Of a DNA stretch of 37,327 nt, positions 1 through 10,600 are shown one piece after another. The DNA lies in NCBI GenBank assembly GCA_032718475.1, contig JAUCBJ010004696.1:1-37327 (forward strand). Reading direction: 5' to 3'. The position numbers and the translations under genes are program-made. Origin of the DNA: Nemertoderma westbladi. Its lineage: Eukaryota; Animalia; Xenacoelomorpha. The notes under the pieces were generated by a model, which saw only the letters and a program-made list of their open reading frames with translations, ran no database searches and was not told the origin of the DNA. Numbering within the stretch: the first letter of the stretch is position 1; every line of letters begins with the position of its first letter.

Positions 1-288
1 AGTAAACGGTAATATGCAGTCAATCAAAATCGCATCGCATTTCGTACGCGCACAGGAACTTAATCATGAAAAAGTAGGCCTACAACAATTATAATATACT
101 GTATAAATGGTTTCAGTTTCGATTTCAGTCAGGCCGTACAGGTAGTAGTGGTGGGTGAACTTAACAGCTGCAGTGCAGTGCGGCAGATCAGTCATTTCAA
201 ATTTCCATACCATAAGGTTTAGTTCAGTTTAGAGTTAAAATAATTATATTCAACATTTCACTAGAAAAGCAGGATCGTTTCAGCCAAG

Positions 289-388
289 GCGGGACAATCG
301 GGCGTCCCGCCAGGCATCTCGGGGGACAATGTGACAGGGACTACAAAGCGGGACTGTCCCGCCGAAAGCGGGACGTCTGGTCACCTTA
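289..388. mobile_element. Right end of a probable hAT-type DNA transposon/MITE (left part not delimited)
   Basis: Ends ...CTGGTCACCTTA (reverse complement TAAGGTGACCAG, resembling TAGGGTGACCA-type hAT termini). Preceded by several CGGGAC/GTCCCG subterminal repeats. No partner end seen. Confidence 0.5.
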
Positions 389-615
389 GTTATGGTAGGC
401 ACAGGCAAATAAATTGATGTCTGTTGAGATGTATTGAAGGAGCACTATTCCTTCTACTAGACTACTACAGTTAGGCCATGTCCTTGTGTGCTAGCCTAGG
501 CACTGGCTTGGTCAATGACTTTAGATAGCTATGTTAGTAATGTACAACTTCAAGAAATATTATTGGGCACGGCTGCTGCCCTTGCCATGCCTTAGGCTCT
601 ATGGGGGAGAATGGG

Positions 616-856
616 GCCCATGTGAAGAATACCAGACTTTCTACAGTCATATTTCACTTTGCAGTTACCCATATGTGAAGAATACCAGGTTTTCACCAAA
701 AACACAGGTTACAGAAGGGCTGAATTTAACCAAAACAATAACCGAATTAGCATATTTACAGAATATAGATAAATTCAAAAAATAAAATATCGTCATATAC
801 AAAATTCCAATAAAAAGTCGACCGAAAAGTGAAATCCTGGTATTCTTCACATGGGC
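616..856. repeat. Inverted repeat pair, MITE-like remnant
   Basis: GCCCATGTGAAGAATACCAG (616-635) is the exact reverse complement of 837-856; a third copy of the motif lies near 673-690. Confidence 0.55.
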
Positions 857-873
857 GACATTTATGGCATCCG

Positions 874-1755
<882 letters not shown>

Positions 1756-2189
1756 AGTCAGCCAGTTCTATGGAGAGTGAGTGAATGGATAGGGAATTAA
1801 TGCTATCCTACCAGCAGCAGTCTGCCTCTAACAAGCCAGGACATTCTCAGCATTGCTAAGACACGGGAAGGAATTACTCCATATTGACTATCATTAGGCA
1901 TTTAGAGCCTGCGTGTGAATAAATTGATAAAAATGCAATTTTACTTGTAAATCAATAAATAACTATAAAACTTGACATTAATCTCGAGTATAAAGTAAAG
2001 ACTTTGATAGAATGGGACACGGCGAATCTACCCATGTTAATTTTATACCAGATGGGATAAATGTTACCCCCCTAAACAATTAATTACCGATAGAAGAATC
2101 GAAATAATTCGATTCAGCCATACAATTTAGCTGAAGATATAAATTTAGATTATGGCTTCCGACATTTATGGCTTCCGACACTGTAAAAG

Positions 2190-2326
2190 CTTTTGCGGAT
2201 GTAACAAGCCATTTTTCTCCGCAATATACCGTGTAGGTGTTTTAGCGGACATAACAAGCCATTTTTACCCGCTACGTCTGCATGTGTTCTTTAGCGGACA
2301 TAACAAGCAATTTTCTCCGCAATGCG
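2190..2326. repeat. Three imperfect copies of an approximately 50-bp unit
   Basis: Recurring TT(A/T)GCGGA(C/T)(A/G)TAACAAGC(C/A)ATTTT motif at about 2191, 2240 and 2290. Confidence 0.75.
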
Positions 2327-5054
2327 CTGATACTCTAAAAGACCGAAACTCAAGTGACGCAATCTGTCAGCTGATTTACTGCCAATGTGTAACCTCTCTT
2401 TGTTCTCTTTGTTCGGCTCAGCCAATCAGAGCAATTTTCATTTTATGTGGGACAAGAGCCTATGTGAACCGTGCTAGGCGTGTCAGTGTTGGTATTCATC
2501 CTTTTCCAAGCAGCAGAACACCGGCTTGGAAATCTTTTGTACTTCTGTGGAGGTTTCAGACTTTGAGCGAAACATTAGATAGCTTTGATTATAGAAACGT
2601 AAATCTATTATTGTGTTACACCTTGCACAAACTATTTTACTTCTGTTTGCTGTCTATTATTAATTGTTGTATATGGAGAGATATCTTGTTATATTTGGAG
2701 AATAACGATAAATAATCATAAACCCCAATCTTCTTGATTACTGAAGGTAAGAGGGACCGGTTACCTGCAGCAACTGCGACTTACATTATAGGGGGTTTTG
2801 TGGGAATTAAATGCTATTTCATAATCCCTACATGTGTCAGTTGCTATCCTCCTTATACATGATCAAATTCAGTGATGGACGGCAGATCAGTGTAAAGTAG
2901 TGTGAAGTCGTGTGCAGTAGTGTGACTAATAATAAAGCATCTCCTAAAGAATGCGCCATTAACGTAAATCAATAGCCATCCCGTTGTGTTTAGTGTAAGT
3001 CATAACTCTGTTTTACATATTTAAAGCGCCACGTCCTAAAGGAACTGTTAGTATTTCCCCAAAAGTAAATAATATTTGTCAGAGATTATATAGTAACGAT
3101 CAATCGAATAATACAGTAGGTCTACCCCGCAATAAGATCAAAGCATCCGAATCCAGTCTCCCTTAACAGTGGGTGAATGATCGCGCATAGACTGGCTTTG
3201 GCTAATGTTACTTTATGTGTACTAAATAGATGTTATAGGCTAAAGTCGATTTATAAACAAGAGGACACCTAAAATTGGCAGGGTAAACTGCTAAAGGTCT
3301 GAAAGCGCGAACAGTAATAGATTTTATAATTTCTTTATTGCACCGTAGGCAATAAAGTCGAAGGTACCGGTCGAACGGTAAGCTGTAGGCCTGACTGCCT
3401 TACTACCCGAACCAGTACTTACAGGTAAAACAGTATTATTTCGATTGTGATATTGTATATTGGTAGGCGGTTTAAGAGATTAGGGACTGTACACCCCTTG
3501 TTTCTTTTAGAGCTTATTTATTTCTGTCAGTTTTATTTATCAGTAAGTGTAATATTGAGCAGAAGGCGTGTAAGCCTGCTCAGATTGTATAGGTAATTTG
3601 TAGGCTGGATTGTTGTCTGGCTGTTGTTAAGTTTGAAGCGATTGCAGTGTGTGTAGAGTGTAGGTCCGATAAAGTACTAGTTAGGAAGGTAGGGGCATCT
3701 TGAGTTGTAAGGTAAATCCCCCCCGAAAGAATAAGTCGTACTACTCGGTTAGAACGCATACTAACTAACCATTTCGGAGTCTGCATATACTGTAGTCTAT
3801 TTAGGCTTGACAGTAGTCTGCCAGCATTTGGTCTGTATTTTGTTTGTATAGTTGCATGGGTAGCGTAATATCTATTATTCAGAGTTTATGTGAGTATTCG
3901 CAACCTACATACCCCCAAGTTCATTCCTACAGTAATTGTGCTTGTTATACATACCATTATAGTTAAATTAACCGCGGTACTACATCAGGGCTGCTTGGCG
4001 TAGGTAAAGACTGGTGATTTTATGCTCTAGTCACTCCAGCAGATGCCGTGGTTCTTTTAGCTGTACAAGTATATTTAACTGCTGGTTATTTGTTATATAA
4101 GTACTTGTACCTAATTTTGGGTTTAGTGTACAGTGCTTTCCGAAGGTAATTAGTGTGTAGGCAGTATATTTGTGTTGTAAAGTGGTTAATAGGCACGTTA
4201 GCTCTGGTTGGCTGCGGTAATTAACTTCTAGGTAAGGACACTCCGGGTACATAACGTAGTACTTATAGAGCTGTAGAGCTAAAGACTATAAGTCGTCAGA
4301 TGGTGGTATTTTATTATCTGGACAACGCAATTTATTTACTACTGCTTAATTATTTTCAAATACCGTAGTATCCTGTCTGTTTGTAATAACCAGAAATTCT
4401 AACCCCTTGTTAGACTGGTTTGTAGATTCCCTGTAAAATTACCCCTAAAATTTGTACGTGTAATTTGTTATTGCTTATTTAGAGATTGTAATCTCACACA
4501 GAAACTGTATGTAAGTAATTAGTAGTAATAAGTAACTTAGTAAAGTATAATTATTTGTTTTAGTGTCCAACAGGTAGCACTCCACTGAGAGCATTTAGCT
4601 TCTGTGTAGTGACCCCCTTAACCAGAAATAATAACATTTATTTCAAATATTGACAAAAACCCTTGTACGGGTACATATATATTATAAATCAACTCAAACC
4701 TATTTATAAAATAGTAGGCCTGTTATACATCAATTAGGTCTTAATATCAGTTAGGCTACTGCTTAATAACAGTAATAAAGTAAAGGAAAGTAACCTTTAA
4801 ATTCAGAAATTCAGTTATTATAAAATAATTGACATTACCGGTATTTATAGTAGGCTTATTATATTTATTTTATAAATCTGGCTGAGATTATATACCGGTA
4901 TTCTGTAATTAATCCTATTCTATAATTATAGAATTATATTCTCTAAATGCCGTGGATTTTCAAAATTTCTATTTTATTCGGATTAACTTTGTAAAAGATT
5001 GCTTTGAGTTCTCATTCGTATTGGTTCTATCTATTGTACACCCATCGGTCAAGT

Positions 5055-5141
5055 GGTTCAGTAGCTCAGTCGGTAGAGCGTTGGAAATTATATGTGTAGT
5101 AGGTATCGAGTTCGAATCCTAGTAAATGCGAATTATTTTTT
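5055..5141 (+). ncRNA. tRNA-derived Pol III module (A box, D-arm, B box, T-run) inside the LTR; not a canonical tRNA
   Basis: TAGCTCAGTCGGTAGAGC at 5062-5079 with GCTC/GAGC D-stem; GAGTTCGAATCC at 5108-5119; T-run ending at 5141. Acceptor, anticodon and T stems do not pair properly. Confidence 0.7.
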
Positions 5142-5194
5142 GTGCAGAATTTCAACTCATTTAAATTAACCGCTACAAATTAATTGCATTTGTC

Positions 5195-5370
5195 TGTACC
5201 AATGAGACTGTAGTTATTTGATTGTAACCAATGTCGTGCAAGTTATATATTAGCTGGACCAATAGCTATCTTTAAAACCTTGTTAGAATCTATAGAACAA
5301 TCGAGAATTTTCTCGATTGATTGCGGCACAAATTTGGTATAAAAAGGTGCGATTCGTTCATTAGTTATCA
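5195..5370 (+). promoter_or_regulatory. Putative Pol II promoter of the LTR: CCAAT boxes, heat-shock-element-like array, TATA box
   Basis: ACCAAT three times (about 5198, 5227, 5258); aGAAc-aATCg-aGAAt-tTTCt at 5294-5313; TATAAAA at 5338-5344; TTAGTT Inr-like at 5361. The second LTR family has the same CCAAT-then-TATA layout (35263-35497). Confidence 0.65.
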
Positions 5371-6834
5371 ATCTCAACCTTAGTTTACAGATTATATCTC
5401 TTGTTTATTCTGTCATTAGTATTCAGATTACATTTTGTATTATTTTCTGCAATAAATTCGGAAATACCGCTATCTGCTTTTCTTTTACTATGCTTCACCA
5501 CGGTGAACCCAGCTAAGGGATAGGATGGCAGGCTAGAGATCGGGCCGCAGCAATGAACAGGAACATCACGGGAATGTAGACGAGAGACAACCCGCAATAC
5601 CTTCTTGAGTTATTCGCCCATCGCCTGAAAGGTTAGACAGCGTTCGATCCTTGCTACCTAAGTGTAAGACCAAAGATCAAAAGGTAGACGTAGTGACACG
5701 CTGCAAGCCTAAAATTACATCATAGGGACTGTACTGTCTTGATTCAGGAAAACCCACAGTAGACCTTCACATTCCTACGGGGAGGGGAGAGAGAGCGCAG
5801 GCAGATACTAGTACGCAGATAGGACGTAGGCACACCGGTACAAGGCATACACATTGGTTAGGGTGCAGCAAACTGTACGCTTAACTCTTGCTAAGTACAG
5901 GTGCGTGTGCGACTATTTGCAGTACGACAGTGTCCATTGCATTAGAACTTGTAGGCTAGGGGGGTTGCTGTGTTTTCACCTGAATTGGGATTGTACCGTT
6001 CAGGCGGTAGGGCAGTTTACACTAGGCGCAAATAAATTGAGGCTATCAGGGATATACTAACATCTACCGTGTCCCCGCCAACGCCCTAATAGGAAGTTAC
6101 CCGGACTACCTGGGTGACTAAAATTCTAGATAGGAGCCAGGATAGCTATTAGTACCCGTACGCCTACAGTAGTAAACTAACACATCTCTTCTTAGTATCA
6201 GGGACCTGGTACCTAAAATTGCCGAATTCTGGGCGTAGTATTAACCTTATGCCTGAATTTTGAGTCCTGGAAATACGCAAGAGGGGAAGGAACCTTATCA
6301 TTCGTGAGTATTGGACCTACAAGTTACAAAATTAGAATATTCGTAAAATGCACACCGTACCCAGTAATTATATATGAGAAGGAGCAAAACTGTTTTGACC
6401 GTTCAGAATTAACACACGCGCGTTAGAAATTATTTACACCTCGAAATATATAAAATTAACTTTCGTCCTTACTGTGCTTTGCCCGCTAGTTAGACATCTC
6501 CAAATCTCTGCCTGTACCTAGCTAGCGTCCCTTTGCCCAACCATATAAATCACACCGCGGCAAAGTATACGAGCCCCTTAGTCCGTCAGTGAGTCAGCCT
6601 GATTTTAGGATTCGCTGCGCGGGATTTGTTTTATCGAAGTTTGTCTGCTCGTAGACTGTTTTCTGCCTCACCGGTTATAAGAGATCGATACTGCAATATA
6701 TTCGTTTACTTAGAGTTTACTGTTTTGGTGAGAAGGTCGGATTTATGATTTGATTTACAAACTTTACAGTAGGATATTGCAGGTATTGTTACCGTCTCTT
6801 CCAATTAGTAGGAATAGGCGTATCTCTTCCAATA

Positions 6835-6845
6835 GTAGGAATGTG
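6835..6845 (+). promoter_or_regulatory. Atypical primer-binding site (GTAGGAATGTG), complementary to LTR 5768-5778
   Basis: Immediately follows the 5' LTR, lacks TGG, and is the exact reverse complement of CACATTCCTAC at 5768-5778. Confidence 0.7.
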
Positions 6846-7642
6846 TTTTACTGAACTACGGTTCGGTAGGACTAAAGTTATTTGAAAATTTTGTATTTTG
6901 AGGTAAAAGTTTATATTTGATTAGCTAAGTGCTAATTTTTTGAAATAAAATTTGATTTGAAAGCGCGTAAAATATTTTTGGAATTGAATACCGGTGTTTA
7001 AAAAGGGTTTAAATACCATATTGTACCAGTACAAAATTTTCGTAAAGTAAAACCTAACTCTTTTGTTTTTTCAGGATTCAGAACTCATTTCTAGGCTGTA
7101 ACGGGAGCAAGACCGTGTTTAGCAAGTTTGGGAGATAGATAACCCAACAACTTTGGTTGGGAAAATCGCGCTTCGTCCGCAACGCTGGAAACGGAAAGGT
7201 TTACGTTCGGTTTGTATCTGGGGATCTGTTTTTCTGGAGAATTATTGGAGTGGGTGAGTTCGAAAGTTGCATAAATAAGTTAGGCATTACCGTATTAGTT
7301 AAAATTATTGTGGGTTCCACTGTCTCAAGTATTTATGCATTCCGTATGATTTCTTTGTTCATTGCTGAATTAGTCCGTATTATTGTATTTAATTTACCTT
7401 TTGATAACGCATATCGTTATCCGATTTATTTGTTATAAAATTGGCCGCTAGGCTAATTTTATTATATACTTATTCCGTGACATTTATTTGCTGTAAAATT
7501 GGCCGTTTAGGCTAATTTTATCCATCTGCTATAAAATCGGCCGGTAGGCTAATTTTATAAGACTGTAATTAGTACCGTTTAGATATAAATACGGTAAACT
7601 CGATACTTTGACACTCACTTTACTTGACTTACAACTACCGAA

Positions 7643-10600
7643 ATGAGTGACAAACAAGACTATACGAAGAATACACCTACCGACTATGACTCGTGTGACG
7701 CGGATAAGTCAGCAGCGGAAGACCAGCAGGGGAAGACTCGCGAGCCTACCGAACCTACACCGTGTGCGTCACCAGTACATCCAACGGGAGTACCGGATGC
7801 CGTAGTACGAGGCGACGGCAGGACCGAGGACTTTCTAACTGTTCCGCAACCTAGACATAGGGAAACGGAAATGGTAAGTTCAGCAGGAAGCACAGAAAGT
7901 GTGGTTAGAAGCGTCGGAGGTTACATGGCGCATATAACCAGGAGTATTGGGGAAGGCCAACGCATATTAGACGAGTTGACCGCTCCGATGTCTCGATTCG
8001 AGTTCTACACCCTCCAGGTTAGAGTACAAAGTAGAGTACACAAGTCCGTAGATAACCTAATTGGTCTACAAGATCTAGCTAGACAGAGACAGGACATGGA
8101 TACTCAACTTAGAATCCTCGAGAAACTAATGATCACTAGAGAGAAACTGATTCAGTTTAAGTCGACGATTAGACAGATACAACAGGAACAAGCGGACCAG
8201 TTGTTAGGTGAGTCAGTTTCGGATGAATTATTGCAGCCCGAGGAAGAACAGGAACTGTACCGACTGGATGGACAATTGAAACATCTGACGGACCACTTAC
8301 GCATGTGCGGCGAAGACGTCGGCGATTTGGAAGCCGTGCCGGAATATACGAGGGAAACTTCATTCGCACAAATCGAATCGGCACCGGGAATGCTAAATCA
8401 ATCGCTGGTAAGTATTTGTAGCGAAATCTGCGAGGGAAGTATAGTCACGTCAGAAGTTGCTCGACAACAGCAAGAATTCCACCGACAGCGACAAGAAATG
8501 GAAGAACAAGCTCAACTTCTAGTGATGCAGGCAGCAGTAGAGGAAGAGAAGCTACGCGTTGCGAATATAGCAAGAATCTCTCATCTACAGGAACAAGCTG
8601 AATTAGAAGCAGCCGAGGTAGAAAGGTTAGAAGTAGACATTGCCCGACAAGCGGCAGCGGCAGCGGCCGAGGTAGAGCGACAAGCGGCAGCGGCCGAGTT
8701 AGAGCGACAGAACGCAGCGGCCGAACTGGAGCGACAAACGGCAGCGGCAGAGGCGGAATTAAAACGAGAAAGGTTAGTTTCGGAAGCACGGGCCGAAATG
8801 AGAACACGGCAAATAAAAGCTCAATCCGCTATACGACAAGCGGAGTTTGAGGCGCAACGTCAACAAACGGAACAACGAGAGAAGACGGCTAAACTTCATT
8901 TCGAACTCGAGAAGAAGGCGAGAGAATTAGCGAACGCCGAGGAAGATCTGGATCAAAAGGCCCGCGATCGATCGATGAGATCTCGTGATGGACATGATTT
9001 GGACCAGTTAGAAGTAAGACATCGCCAAATTCAGGAACGGAAGAAGGAAGGAAGCGTAGGAGCACCCGGACGGGAACAACAATTAGTAAAAGACGTGTGT
9101 CAACGATTCCCACAGGTAACTCATATGTTTGCACCGGTTACAACAAAGGAACCTGTTTCGATTGCGGGTAGTCGTGATATTTCTCCTATCCATGGTGCGA
9201 CGGAACACAGGTTTGTTATCCCGGACGAGTTTACACCGCCAAGAGCAACGTCGTCGCCTATTCCGAAAGTCAAAGTAAGTAACCCACCGATTACAGATCG
9301 TAGTAGTTTATTGACCGCACCTGCACTACTGACGACAAAACAGGTGAGTCCACCTTTGACACCTAAACCGGTTACGCATTACACGTACCCAATGACTTTT
9401 AGGCCTACCAGGCCTTTAGATTCAAAAGCGGTTACTCGACCACCGAACCAGTTTACATCGCAATCTACGACTTCGAGGAAGACTTGTGAGCCTACCGAAC
9501 AATGGAGACCAGTGGATACGCGACCATTCAACCAGTTTACATCGCAATCTACGACTTCGAGGAAGACTTGTGAGCCTACCGAACAACGAAAGCGAGACGA
9601 TGTTCCGAAACGAAACGTGAGAATTCGTACGACACAACGAACGCGAGCACGTCGACCACCATATCCAGATGATAGTAGTACTTCGAGCGAATCGGATTAC
9701 CCGAAACGCGAGGTATTTAGAACAGGGGCGGCCGATGAATATAAACGCGAGCGTTCAGATAACTCCTTTGTAGACAATCCTCCACAGAATACACCAACAC
9801 AGAAGGCGTTACCACCAGCGGGCGCGATCGGTGCACAACAATTCGCAGACATTGTCAACAAGTTGGCCCGGATTGAGGAACGTCTGGAGGAAGGTTACAC
9901 CGACAGTTCGAGAAATTCCGAATTCGAACACAATAGACACCCGAAGGAACCACAAAGACAGGTACCTTCAAACCCCACATCGTATCAGGGAAAAGCGCCA
10001 AGAAGGGATATCAACAAGGTTATCAACCAAGGACGCGAAACTCTGAACGTTGCCGAGGAGATAGCGAAATTCGCAGCCAGACAGGGATTGCCGGTACAAC
10101 AACCACCGAAGTTTTCCGGTAGCTCAAAACACTGGCATACCTTCGTAGACTATATCGAATCCCAGATTGCCGTGTGCGCCTTTACGTCACGGGAGAAGTT
10201 CAATTACCTGCTCCAAACGTTGTCAGGAGAACCTAAACGTTTGGCGGAGACTTTCGTCGGTGTACCGGACGCTTTCGAACTAGCGTACGATCGTTTAACT
10301 TCGATATACGGAGGTACAGTGAGCATGGCCAGGTCAGTAATAGAGGAACTCTGTAAGGGAGGGGCTATCACTAAACCCGTCGACTTACTAAAACTAGCTG
10401 ACGAGATCAAGAACGCTATCACTACCTTAAGATCAATTGGACAACTTGATTACGGGAATACCCCTACAGTCCTATTAAAGATAATAGGACGACTCCACCA
10501 TCGACTTCGTCGGGAGTGGAGGAAGGTCGAATACCAGCGAGAGGAGCGGGGAGGATTCTTAAAACTAGAAGATGTGTACCTTTTAATATCCAGGGAGGCG

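Larger units (their letters stand above)
4927..6834 (+). repeat. 5' LTR of element A (1908 bp, TATAG...CAATA)
   Basis: Identity with 19766-21673 starts and stops at these bases; flanked by the TSD. Confidence 0.96.

Noticed and set aside
5055-5127. Functional tRNA gene
   Set aside because: Only the D-arm and the A/B boxes are intact; the acceptor, anticodon and T stems do not pair.
5347-5360. Group II intron 5' end (GTGCGATTCG)
   Set aside because: It sits just after the TATA box, is not conserved in the second LTR, and no convincing domain V was found.
5385-6060. Short ORFs repeated at 20224-20899
   Set aside because: They are duplicated only because they lie in the LTRs; they have non-ATG starts and no motifs.
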